A stretch of 64,000 nucleotides of DNA, taken from the NCBI GenBank assembly GCA_963662655.2, contig CAXXTU010000002.1, forward strand, positions 3,200,001 to 3,264,000, read 5' to 3'. The notes beneath the pieces are model-generated. The model saw only the letters and a program-made list of their open reading frames with translations. It ran no database searches and had not been told where the DNA came from. Each line of letters begins with the position of its first letter. Position 1 is the stretch's first letter. Made by a program: the position numbers and the translations under genes. Source of the DNA: Candidatus Cloacimonadales bacterium. GTDB taxonomy: Bacteria; Cloacimonadota; Cloacimonadia; Cloacimonadales; JAIOQZ01. Positions 11,130 to 21,100 of this stretch are shown here, piece after piece.

Positions 11130-11400
11130 ACTACTTGCACTGTCTTGCATAAATCCATAAATAATCTCTGAATGGGCCTCTATGGAGGCCGTGTTCTTAA
11201 GCAACGAACATTTTCCATTGCTGTTTTCAACGTTTGCACACCTGAAGGTCTTCTTCTGAAGGTTTTCTTCTCGATGAATAAGATCGATCCACCTGTGATT
11301 ATTTGAAAACCTTGCCTTCTATAAAGGCGATAGCCCTAACGACTGCGCTGCTGGGCCAACTTCCGAAGTGCTTTTCTGAACTTGTCGTCCTCACGCTACA
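11130..11400 (-). pseudogene. Heavily decayed IS3-family orfB remnant
   Basis: Hand translation of the minus strand gives REDDKFRKALRKLAQQRSR*GYRL..., NHRWIDLIHREENL and PIQRLFMD. These match the IS3 pattern LA..R.R.GYR.L...NHKRV.R.YREE.L...PNQRWSMDF. Confidence 0.6.
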
Positions 11401-11464
11401 CCAACTTGTACAAATAGCTGCTACGATCTAGGCTGATAAGTCTTTAGGCTTGGAATAGCAGTTC

Positions 11465-11935
11465 GTGCTACAGCGTGCCGCAACGCATACAGGCAGCGAG
11501 AGCATCGTCTATGCCTGCGAGAGGGGCACCGTCGAGTACACGCCCAAGCTCAAGTACCGCATCGAGAAGAAGAACGCCGTCACCCGTGACGCCATCGCAG
11601 ATGAGGCCGTATGCGAGGACAAGCTGGAATCCGGCGCTATCAGCTCCAAGCAGCTCACGTCGTCCTGCGTGTGCCTGAGCAACATCAGAGCGGAAGTCCA
11701 GTGCGAGACCACCGGCAGAACCCCGGCTACCATCGGTTCGGACAAGTACGCTGTCCACAGCCTCGAGGAGTCCTACGACGTCGAGCCGCTGGTGCTGCTC
11801 ATCCCGATGTGCGACCTCACGCTGTTCATCGGCGAGGTTTCGCTGGCGCACGGGGTGGTCAAGGTAACGGTAGGTCTGGGTTCGAAGGGTACGGCGACGG
11901 CGCTCAAGTACCGGCTGGTTGCGATTAGAAATTGA
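11465..11935 (+). pseudogene. C-terminal fragment of a phage tail-fibre-like or structural protein
   Basis: Visibly GC-rich coding-like stretch with no convincing start. 10-residue repeats AVTRDAIADE/AVCEDKLESG/AISSKQLTSS resemble the AVT..KIA.. repeats of phage tail proteins. Confidence 0.5.
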
Positions 11936-12161
11936 GGTGAAAATGCGCGAAAATATCGCCCGTTTAGTTGTTGCGCATTTCATTGGCATTGAATACGATA
12001 CGCCCAGCCGCCCATGAACCGTTGCCTTGTATCCAACTGCAAGCCAGGCGTTTGCAATTTTCGTGATCCGATTTGACATTTCGCTGTCACAATTTGACAT
12101 TTTGTCCCGTCCTAAAATAGTTGACCAGCTTTTTCGTGTTTGATTTCATTTCGATTGCTTC

Positions 12162-13043
12162 CTACGCTGCGTTCAATATCTCGTTCGGTGTGCGGTAGCC
12201 CTGCGTGATGATGAGCCGTTCTTCGTTGTAGATCCGAACTGCTTCCTCTACGTACTTCAGCGCGTCGTCGAAGTCCCTGAATCTCCGTTCCAGCCCCAAC
12301 TCGTGCTTCAGAATCCCGTTGATGCGCTCCGCCTTGGCGTTGTCGTAGCACTTGCCCGGACCGGTCATGCTGGTGCGATAGCAGTAGCGTCGCAGCGCGT
12401 TCTGGAAGCAGGCGCTGGTGAATTGCGTACCATGATCGGAGTGGTGGATGCAGCCTTTGATATCCACGGCTCCGGCATTGCGCAACGACCTCATCGCCCG
12501 TTTCAGAGAGAGCGCTGGACCATGCGTGCGCAGGTCGGGCTGCAGCGAATATCCCAGGATCGCGTCCGAGTACTGATCCGAGGTCAGCGAAAGGTAGGCG
12601 AATCCGCGTTGCAACCGGATGTAGGTGATGTCGCTCGCGATGATCTGGCCGACGCGGCGAGCGATGATGTCCTTCACCAGGTTCGGGTGTCGACTGCGGC
12701 TGCCCAGGCTCGTGCGGAGGTATGAGCGGTACGCCGTCGACAGCAGCCCGTAGTCGCGCAGGATGCCGAACAGCCGGTCGCGACCAACCTCGAGCCCGTG
12801 CGCCTTCAGCATGTATTGCAGCTTCCGCGCCCCGACGCGTGGCTGTTTCACGCGAATCTCGCGCACGGCGGATACGATCTCCTCCACCTCCGCCTGGAGC
12901 CGATGGAGCCGCTTCCTGTGCTGGTAGTAGCTCTGCTTGCTGCGACCGAACAAGCCGCAAATCACCTGCATGTTCGCGGCTACTTCTCTTTCTTTCGCGA
13001 CAGCTCGACATTCGGTGATAACAGCGAACCAGTCTTTTTTTTT
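12162..13043 (-). CDS. IS3 transposase OrfB (DDE integrase core), read by -1 frameshift
   Basis: ASDITYI, IHHSDHGTQF and YDNAKAERINGILK motifs. Confidence 0.92.
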   Translation of the reverse strand, partial: KKKDWFAVITECRAVAKEREVAANMQVICGLFGRSKQSYYQHRKRLHRLQAEVEEIVSAVREIRVKQPRVGARKLQYMLKAHGLEVGRDRLFGILRDYGLLSTAYRSYLRTSLGSRSRHPNLVKDIIARRVGQIIASDITYIRLQRGFAYLSLTSDQYSDAILGYSLQPDLRTHGPALSLKRAMRSLRNAGAVDIKGCIHHSDHGTQFTSACFQNALRRYCYRTSMTGPGKCYDNAKAERINGILKHELGLERRFRDFDDALKYVEEAVRIYNEERLIITQGYRTPNEILNAA

Positions 13044-13387
13044 GCGCTGATGCCGTACTTGCGCTCGGTCACGTTCACGATCGCCTGCAACGCGCAGTTC
13101 TCCAGCACTTTCTCGCTCAACGCAGCCTGCAAATCCTGCACCTTCTTCTCCAGCTCCGCGATTGTCTTGTCCTTGTAATCTTCTTTCGCCATGCGATCTC
13201 GCTTTTGAGCTCCCTTGCGTCGCGCCGGCTTCACGGCGTCCTCTTTGATCCAGCGATACAGCGTGCGAACGGATATGTCGTACTGCTCCGCGAGCTCCGC
13301 CACGCAGTAGTCGCTCGTCAGCACGTGATGCAGAACACGCGCCTTCACCTCGCAACGCTTCGCCCGTCGTTTCACATTTTCTCCCAT
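12980..13387 (-). CDS. IS3 transposase OrfA (HTH)
   Basis: VAELAEQYDISVRTLYRWIK helix-turn-helix followed by a coiled coil. GGAGG RBS. Confidence 0.88.
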   Translation of the reverse strand: MGENVKRRAKRCEVKARVLHHVLTSDYCVAELAEQYDISVRTLYRWIKEDAVKPARRKGAQKRDRMAKEDYKDKTIAELEKKVQDLQAALSEKVLENCALQAIVNVTERKYGISAKKKTGSLLSPNVELSRKKEK

Positions 13388-13545
13388 ACCTGAGCCTCCT
13401 TCGACCCAACGGTCAACCTATTTCAGGACGGGACACTCTTTGCATTTGACACTACACGGATGAAGCCCCGCTCATGCGATGGTTTTTCTTGACACTTAAT
13501 GAAGGTCGTGCGAGTTTCAATATACTTTAGACATTGGGAGAAAAT

Positions 13546-14349
13546 ATGCTGCTTTACGATTTTCCGGATGCGTACGATCTCTTTTACAACGAGAGTTTCC
13601 AGCAATCGACCCGAGACTTCTACAGCAAGTTTCTGCTTAAGAAAAATCTTCGCGAGGTACTCGATTGCACTGCCGGTTCGGGCCAGATGACAATACCCCT
13701 CGCCCAGATGGGCTACAGCGTAACCGCTTCGGATATCAACCGCAATATGATCCGCAAAGCGAGGCTGAACTTCGTGAAGCTCGATCTCATGGCGAACTTC
13801 GTTACCAGCGATATTCTCGAGCTCGAAGAGAAGGTTAAGAGAACCTTCGACTGCGTCATGAGCACCGGGAATTCGCTCGCCCACGTGAAGAACGATCAGC
13901 TCGAGGATGCCGTTCGCCAGATGGATAGCGTACTCAAGCCGGGTGGGATGCTCTACATCGATTCTCGCAACTGGGACTTGATTCTGGAACGACGGCAACG
14001 TTTTTATCTATTCAATCCGCTTATCCGGGATCGTGGGCGCGTCAATTTCGTGCAGGTGTGGGACTACAATACCGATGGTTCGATGGTTTTCAACTTCCTC
14101 GTCTTCGAGGAGATTGAAAACAAGATTGTCAGCAAGCGCCAGTTTTACGTGATTTACTACCCCTTTACAGTCGAAAGGCTGAGGGAAATCCTGGTCTCGA
14201 TGAACTACAGGAATATTCATTTCTTCAAGCTGGGCGATCCGAGCGTCACCGACCTGTCACAAATCGACTGGTTCGCCGTTACAGCAGAGAAACCCTTCCC
14301 CGAAACAGATGACAACAAGAAGAAAAAGATAAAAGGAGGAAGCAAATGA
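13546..14349 (+). CDS. Class I SAM-dependent methyltransferase (glycine/sarcosine N-methyltransferase-like fold)
   Basis: VLDCTAGSG motif I, GNSLAH and LKPGG. Confidence 0.88.
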   Translation: MLLYDFPDAYDLFYNESFQQSTRDFYSKFLLKKNLREVLDCTAGSGQMTIPLAQMGYSVTASDINRNMIRKARLNFVKLDLMANFVTSDILELEEKVKRTFDCVMSTGNSLAHVKNDQLEDAVRQMDSVLKPGGMLYIDSRNWDLILERRQRFYLFNPLIRDRGRVNFVQVWDYNTDGSMVFNFLVFEEIENKIVSKRQFYVIYYPFTVERLREILVSMNYRNIHFFKLGDPSVTDLSQIDWFAVTAEKPFPETDDNKKKKIKGGSK

Positions 14350-14954
14350 AAGCTTTCAAACTACTTCTGGCTTTAGTTGCTGTTACACTGATTCTCACGG
14401 CATGCGGCGGTCCGGCCAAGACGGTCGAGCGCAGGGCGGTCGATGAGACCATCGACCTGAGCGGACGCTGGAACGACAGCGACCTTCAGCTCACAGCCGA
14501 GCAAATTGTGCGGGATGTTCTCTCTCGCCCGTGGCTGCCGGATTTCATTTCCGCAGAAGACCGAAAGCCGGTCGTGATCGTCGGTACGGTTCGCAATAAA
14601 ACCGCCGAGCATTTGGACACCGTGCCGCTGGTTAACCACATCGAGATGGAACTTATCAACAGTGGAAGGGTCACGTTCGTGGCGAATCAGCAGAAACGCG
14701 AGGAAATCCGCGGCGAGAGAATGGATCAGCAGACGCAATCCTCCGAGGACTCCGCGAAGAGACTCGCTGCCGAAACCGGCGCCGACTTCATGCTTCAGGG
14801 TGAGATCACCTCCATCGAGGACGCGGAAGGCGGACAGAAGGTGATCTTCTACCAGGTCGCGATGGAGCTCATCAATATCGAGACCAACGAAATCAAGTGG
14901 AAAAACACGAAGCAGATCAAGAAATTCATCTCTCAGAAAAGTTCAAAATTCTAA
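14346..14954 (+). CDS. lpoB: Penicillin-binding protein activator LpoB family lipoprotein
   Basis: Lipobox LTAC. DLSGRWNDSD, VRNKTAEH and GADFML.G.I motifs. Confidence 0.82.
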   Translation: MKAFKLLLALVAVTLILTACGGPAKTVERRAVDETIDLSGRWNDSDLQLTAEQIVRDVLSRPWLPDFISAEDRKPVVIVGTVRNKTAEHLDTVPLVNHIEMELINSGRVTFVANQQKREEIRGERMDQQTQSSEDSAKRLAAETGADFMLQGEITSIEDAEGGQKVIFYQVAMELINIETNEIKWKNTKQIKKFISQKSSKF

Positions 14955-14965
14955 GGGGATCGTCC

Positions 14966-16351
14966 ATGAGGAAAATGAACCTTGTTGCGATTCTTGCGCT
15001 GTTCGCGTTGCTCGTAGGGTGCGGCGCGCCGAAGAAAGAGCTTCGCGAGATCGAGAAGAAGCTCGAGAAGAGACAGTTCGACCAGGCATCGCAGCAGGTG
15101 GAAGAGATCAAGGAATCCACATATTCCAAGAAGGATCGCGTGGTGTTCTATCTCGACGCCGGTACCGTCCATCACTACAACCGCGATTTCGACAAGAGTA
15201 ACCAGCGGTTGGAGGAGGCGGAACGAGCGATCGAGGATTTATTCACGAAGAGCATCAGTCGCGCTGCCGCTTCGTATATCCTCAACGACAACATAAAAGA
15301 ATACGACGGTGAGGATTACGAGAATATCTACCTCAACGTTTTCAAAGCGCTGAACTACGTTGGTAAAGACAAGTTCGATGAAGCATTCGTCGAGATTCGC
15401 CGCATTAACAATAAACTCAATCTGCTTGAAGACAAGTACAGGGATTTGGCGGACGAATACAACAAGTCCAAGGACAGCAAGGCGAAGGTTGAAGTGGGAC
15501 GTAACAGGTTCCACAATTCCGCTCTGGGAAGATGGCTGAGCATGTTGATCTATCGCGCGGAAGGCGACATCGACAACGCGCGCGTGGACCGCGAGGCCAT
15601 CGACGACGCCTGGAAGACCCAGAGCCATATCTATGGCTTCGGGAAGCCGGATTTAAGCCATTATCTCGATGCAACGGACAAGGCGCGTATCGATCTGATC
15701 AGCTTCGTGGGAAAGAGTCCCGAAAAGAAGGCGCACACGCTGTACATCCACACGGAGAACAACCTGATCGTATTTGCTTCAACCGCCGAGAATGAGGACG
15801 GAAGGCAGGTCATGACGAACCTTGCACCGATTCAGTGGCCGGGGATCGAGAAGGGGCTTCACTTCAAGTTCGAGATTCCGTTCTTCGAGCCAAGAGGAAC
15901 CATCGTGAAGAGCGTGAAGGTTCTCGTCGACGGCAAGCAGGCCGGAGAGCTGGAGCTTCTGGAAGACATGGAAAAGGTCGCGATCGAAACCTATCAGGTG
16001 AAGAAGCCGCTCGTCCTCATGAAAACCCTCACGCGTACGATCGTCAAAGGGCTGGTGGCTGCCGAGGGCAAGAAGCAGATGGAGAAGGAGATCAAGGATC
16101 CTCTTCTGGCGTTCGGGGCGAGGCTCGCCACGGATATCGCCGTCGACGCGACGGAGAAAGCCGATCTGCGATTGTCGCATTTCTTCCCCGCGAAGGCGAT
16201 GGTGAAGGAACTGGAGGTCACGCCCGGCGAGCATCAGGTATCGCTCGAATACCGCGGCGCAGGTGGCCAGCTTCTCTACACGCACGATCTGGGAATCAGG
16301 GATTTTCAAGCGGGTAAGCTGAATCTGCTGGAGTCGTACTATCTGAAGTAG
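14966..16351 (+). CDS. COG3014-type lipoprotein with N-terminal TPR-like region
   Basis: Lipobox LVGC. Y.GEDYE and EKADLR motifs. Typical neighbour of lpoB. Confidence 0.75.
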   Translation: MRKMNLVAILALFALLVGCGAPKKELREIEKKLEKRQFDQASQQVEEIKESTYSKKDRVVFYLDAGTVHHYNRDFDKSNQRLEEAERAIEDLFTKSISRAAASYILNDNIKEYDGEDYENIYLNVFKALNYVGKDKFDEAFVEIRRINNKLNLLEDKYRDLADEYNKSKDSKAKVEVGRNRFHNSALGRWLSMLIYRAEGDIDNARVDREAIDDAWKTQSHIYGFGKPDLSHYLDATDKARIDLISFVGKSPEKKAHTLYIHTENNLIVFASTAENEDGRQVMTNLAPIQWPGIEKGLHFKFEIPFFEPRGTIVKSVKVLVDGKQAGELELLEDMEKVAIETYQVKKPLVLMKTLTRTIVKGLVAAEGKKQMEKEIKDPLLAFGARLATDIAVDATEKADLRLSHFFPAKAMVKELEVTPGEHQVSLEYRGAGGQLLYTHDLGIRDFQAGKLNLLESYYLK

Positions 16352-16387
16352 GATGAATCGTTGCTGCAACCCGATAAAGGAGATATA

Positions 16388-17401
16388 ATGCGTAAACTAA
16401 TCATAATCACATTACTTGTGTGCTCGGTTTTCCTGTTCGCGAAGAAGCAGGAAGCCCCCGAGTGGCTCGACAACCCCAAGTCGATCTACCCCGACGCGAT
16501 GTACCTGAGCGCTCTGGGTGAAGGCGATACGCGTCGCGGAGCTGAAAGCGACGCGGCGGGAAACCTCTCGCGCATCTTCGAGAGCAAGATCACCGTGGAT
16601 CAGACGTATCAGGAGCGCTACCGGGAATTGACCAAAGGCGTATCCTCCGAGACCGAGGAACTCTCGCAGATGGATCGCAATGTGGGTATCCAATCCGAGC
16701 AGACGCTCTTCAATATTCAGTTCGGGGAATCCTACACCGATCCCAAGGGACGCGTGCATATCGTCGCGTATCTCGATCGCATGAAAACGGGAGAAATCTA
16801 CAGCAGCAAGATCGAGGCGAACGCCAACCAGGTCACATGGTATCTGGGGCAGAAGAAGGAGACCGATGATCTCCTCAAGAAATACGCGCTACAGAACGCC
16901 GCGATTATCATCGCGACGAGCAATCGGGTTTTGCTGGAGCAGCTTCGCATCATCTCGCCGAATATGGCGGAATTCATCGACCTGCCCTACAAGATGACCG
17001 AGCTGGAGACGACCCTGCAAGAGATGGGGAAGAAGCTACAAATATCCATACAGATCAAGGGCGACGAGGAAAACAAGATTGCCAGCTCCCTGAAAGAGAT
17101 GTTAAGCGACGCCGGATTCAGTCTGGGCGATAGCGGTATCCTGAAAATCGATGGTGAAATCTCGTTCGAGATGGTCGATCTGGACAAGCAGGATCAGAAA
17201 TTCGTGCGCTGGGAGATCACGCTCGACCTGAACGATCAGCAAGGCGAAAACCTGATTCACTACTACGAAAAAGGACGCGACGGCCACATATCATATCCCG
17301 AGGCGATGGCACGCTCGATTCGAGAGATCGAGAAGAAGCTGAAAAAGCAGTTCATCGGTAAGCTGAACGATTACATCGATGGGTTAGTGATGACGAAGTA
17401 A
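16388..17401 (+). CDS. LPP20-like exported protein
   Basis: Signal peptide and PEWL..P...YP...YL...GEG motif. Confidence 0.65.
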   Translation: MRKLIIITLLVCSVFLFAKKQEAPEWLDNPKSIYPDAMYLSALGEGDTRRGAESDAAGNLSRIFESKITVDQTYQERYRELTKGVSSETEELSQMDRNVGIQSEQTLFNIQFGESYTDPKGRVHIVAYLDRMKTGEIYSSKIEANANQVTWYLGQKKETDDLLKKYALQNAAIIIATSNRVLLEQLRIISPNMAEFIDLPYKMTELETTLQEMGKKLQISIQIKGDEENKIASSLKEMLSDAGFSLGDSGILKIDGEISFEMVDLDKQDQKFVRWEITLDLNDQQGENLIHYYEKGRDGHISYPEAMARSIREIEKKLKKQFIGKLNDYIDGLVMTK

Positions 17402-17455
17402 TTGTGGTTTTGCCCGAGAGTCCATGCTACATTGTTCCTTGTACTGAAGTCGAAT

Positions 17456-17492
17456 CGCCCATTTTCTGATTTTATTTCAGTAATAATGGGCG
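17456..17492. terminator. Hairpin between the lpoB operon and the Fe-S operon
   Basis: CGCCCATTTTCTGA-N7-TCAGTAATAATGGGCG imperfect inverted repeat with no clear U tail. Confidence 0.45.
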
Positions 17493-17524
17493 TTGTGGAA
17501 TAAATCTTTCATACTGTCAAAGAC

Positions 17525-17539
17525 TTGCCAGAATGGCAA
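17525..17539. promoter_or_regulatory. Palindromic putative operator upstream of the Fe-S operon
   Basis: TTGCCA-GAA-TGGCAA perfect inverted repeat 30 bp before the start codon. Confidence 0.4.
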
Positions 17540-17568
17540 ACGTATTTCTGCATTATTTGAGGGGAGAT

Positions 17569-18138
17569 ATGAAAAAGATAATCTTTGCGCTTGTGATTGT
17601 GCTGGCGATGTTTATTCTCGTGGCCAAGACGCAATCCTATCACCATGTGGAGCCCGGCAAGTGTATCGGCTGCACGCTGTGCGTTCAGAAATGCCCTGTT
17701 CAGGCAATATCCATGCAGGACGGCAAAGCGGTGATCGATCGCGAAAAGTGCATCCAGTGCGGTCTTTGCATCAAAGCTTGCCCGGTGACGGCCATCTCCG
17801 TCGTGGAAGAAGCCGCGGCACCGGATTCTCTTGCGGAACAACCGGATAGCGTCGATACGCCCAAGCAGGAAGAGCCATCCACAGGCATGATCGAGACACA
17901 GGAAGAACCTGCACCCACTGTGGAAGCCGTTGAAGAGCAGATTGCCTCGACTTACTATCACGTACACGATAATAAATGTATCGGTTGCATGGTTTGCCCG
18001 AAATCCTGTCCCGTCGATGCGATTCACATGAAGCAGGGCGTGGCCGTAATCGATACGGAAAAATGCATTAAATGCGGTCTATGCAAACGCGATTGTCCTG
18101 TTGCCGCGATCTCCGTGGAAGAGAAACAATCCAGCTAA
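17569..18138 (+). CDS. Exported or membrane-anchored tandem 2x2[4Fe-4S] polyferredoxin
   Basis: Hydrophobic N-terminus MKKIIFALVIVLAMFILVA. Four CxxCxxCxxxCP motifs in two domains joined by an acidic Pro/Glu linker. Confidence 0.88.
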   Translation: MKKIIFALVIVLAMFILVAKTQSYHHVEPGKCIGCTLCVQKCPVQAISMQDGKAVIDREKCIQCGLCIKACPVTAISVVEEAAAPDSLAEQPDSVDTPKQEEPSTGMIETQEEPAPTVEAVEEQIASTYYHVHDNKCIGCMVCPKSCPVDAIHMKQGVAVIDTEKCIKCGLCKRDCPVAAISVEEKQSS

Positions 18139-18165
18139 TGATATAAAAATCACCTTGGAGCTTTC

Positions 18166-21100
18166 ATGCGTAAACAACGTTTACTGCTGATTCTGATGCC
18201 GTTGCTCTCCTTCTTCTTGTTCTACTGCACGGACAAAATCAGCAAAAATCCCGAAAACGACGGCGACGTTCGCGTCGAGTACTCGAGCTGTACCGCCTGT
18301 TATGAGTGTATGGACCTGTTCAGTTGTCCGCAGAATGCGATCTACATCGATGAAATGCGTGGAACCGCCACCATCGATCCTGATAAATGCGTCCGCTGTA
18401 TGCGCTGCATCACCGAATTCACCTGCGAGTACAATGCATTCACCTTCAAAGAAGATTTGATTCCGCCTGCGCCCATCACGGATTTCAGTGCGGTTTCCGA
18501 TTCGATGGGAACGATCGACATCAGCTTCACCGCGACGGGTGACGATTCCACGTCAGGAATCGCCTGGCGATATGAGCTCAACCTGAAAAACGCAAGTGGT
18601 GAAGTACTGCTCCCCGATTTCCAGCCCAACGCGCCAAAGATCGCCGGTTTGAAGGAAACGTGGCACCTGAGCGGCCTGGATTCCCCTCAGACGGTTGCCG
18701 TTGGCGTAAACGTGTTTGACGATTGCGGTTTGTACGCCTCTTCGCAGACGTTAATCGTGGATATTTCTTCCGATTATCCCGATGTTACGGCTCCCTCTGC
18801 CATCACCGATCTGATCGCCCAGCCGGATGCGGATTATGTCACCCTATGGTGGACCGCTCCCGGAGATGACGGCGATGAAGGCACCGCGGCAGCTTACGAT
18901 ATTCGATACAGCCGGACGGCGATTGACAGCCTGAGCTGGGATCAGGCAAGCGTCTTCGAGAATACTATTGCCCCCACTTCTCAGGGTGTGAAGGAGACCT
19001 GCCGGATAACATTGCCGGATCAGGCGAACTACTACTTCGCCGTGCGTGCGCTGGACGATAGCGGCAATATCGCGAGTGTTTCCAACAACGCCCAGGCCGC
19101 CATGACGGCGGACGTTACTCCTCCCGACCAGATAACCACGCTGGTGGCCGGAAACGAGACGACAACCTCGGTTACGCTCACCTGGGAGGCTGTAGGCGAT
19201 GACGGAAGCATAGGGGTTGCCGACGATTACGTCGTGAAATACCACGTGTTGCCTATTACTGCGCAAAATTGGCAAGCGGCCACGACGTACGACGCAGAGA
19301 TGTCTCCTCAACCCGCCGGTGAGACGGAAGAACTCATAATAGAAAACCTGGAAGAAGGATTTGAATACTACTTCGCGGTCAAGGCCGTCGATAACGCCGG
19401 AAACCAGTCGGCGATCTCCAATGTTGCCCACACGCAAACCGTGGACATCCCCGATGAGACGGCTCCTTCTGCAATCGACGATCTGGTCGTGAGCAACACC
19501 TCGACCAGCACCGCGCAATTGCGCTGGACCGCCCCCGGCGGCGACGGCGATGAGGGCTATGCATTTCAATACGTCGTCAAGGCGTCCACACAACCGATCA
19601 CCATTGATAACTGGACTGCGGTCGACGAAATTCCCAATGATTTGTCGCCACAGGTTGCCGGTTCGCAGGAATCGTTCATCGTGACGGGCCTGGAGGCAAA
19701 TACAACCTACTGGTTTGACGTCCGTGCGGTTGACGACGCGCTGAACATCGCAGATCTATCCAACGTCGCGCAGGGACAAACGGCATCCGAAGACGACACC
19801 GTCGCTCCAGGAGCGATCACCGATTTATTAGCTCACGAGGATGATCCAAACATCCTTCTGACATGGACATCGACCGGCGATGACGTCAGCGAAGGGACCG
19901 CGTCATATTACGAAATCAGATATTCTTTCGAGACGATTACCGGTTCCAACTGGGCGGAGGCGACACTTCTGCAAAATCTCCCCATACCCGAAACGGCCGG
20001 AACGCAGCAGCAATACATTTTTACATCTCCGCAGCAAAACACTGCGTATTACTTTGCGATCAAGGCTTTCGACGATGCGCTGAACGCGTCGGAGCTCTCC
20101 AACATCGCGGAGGGAGTGATTGCGGACGATATCGCGCCCTCGCAGATCGACGACCTGCAAGCGACAGCCGGCACCTCGGACATCGAGCTGCAATGGACCG
20201 CTCCTGGCGACGACGGCGATGATGGTACGGCGTTTTCATACGAAATCCGCATGAGCACGGTTGCGATTACCCAGGCGAACTGGGACGATGCCCAATTGCT
20301 GGAAAATCCCCCGACACCTTCTACCGCGGGGACGGCGGAAAGCTACACGGTTGTTGCGCCGCAGCAGGATCAGACGCTTTTTTTCGCCATTCGTGCGACG
20401 GATGACGCGGACAATGTCTCGGCTGTGTCCAACAACGCGGAATCGGGAATCTTCGATACAACTCCGCCGGCGGATATTACGGATTTGGATGCGACGCAAT
20501 CCGGTGAGGAAGCGCTTCTGACCTGGACGGCTCCAGGAGACGACGGTTTTACCGGTACGGCGGAAAGCTACGAGATTCGCTATGCCACGACGATTATCGA
20601 CGAGACCAACTGGGCCTCGGCCACGCTTCTGAGCAATGCTCCATATCCTGAATCGGCGGGAACGCAGCAGCAGTTCTCGGTAGCAGGACTCACGGCGGAT
20701 ATCCAATACTACTTTGGAATCAAGACCCTCGATGACGCCGATAACCAGTCGGGGCTTTCCAACATCGCCGATGTCACGCTGGGCGACGACACGGTTGCGC
20801 CTGCCGCCGTGACCGATCTCGAAGTGGTGGAAAGCTATGTGAACCTCTCGACGATCCGTATCTCCTGGACAGCCCCGGGGGACGACGGCATTACCGGCAC
20901 GGCGGATCATTACGAGATTCGTTATTCGAACTTGCCCATCACCGATGCCAACTGGAGTAGCGCTTCGCTATTCGGCAGTCCGCCCGATCCGGCAAGCGCT
21001 GGAACCGCGCAGACGTTGAATGTGACCGGCCTGGATGAGGGTGAATTGTACTACTTCGCGATCAAGGCGTTCGACGAGATCGGGAATGCAGGTGACTGCT

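Larger units (their letters stand above)
12103..13435 (-). mobile_element. Intact IS3-family insertion sequence (1333 bp)
   Basis: Terminal IRs TGTCCCGTCCT(A/G)AAATAG(G)TTGACC at both ends. orfA/orfB layout with an A9 slippery run at 13035-13043. Confidence 0.95.

Noticed and set aside
12071..12102. ATTTGACATTT repeats as a CRISPR array or target-site duplication
   Set aside because: They are too short, with 10-bp spacing and no cas genes. The IS flanks (TTT and CTC) show no duplication. A transposon end explains them better.
12162..13409. 415-aa single-ORF transposase as listed in the track
   Set aside because: The part upstream of the A9 run is an off-frame reading of orfA. The real product is the OrfA-OrfB frameshift fusion.
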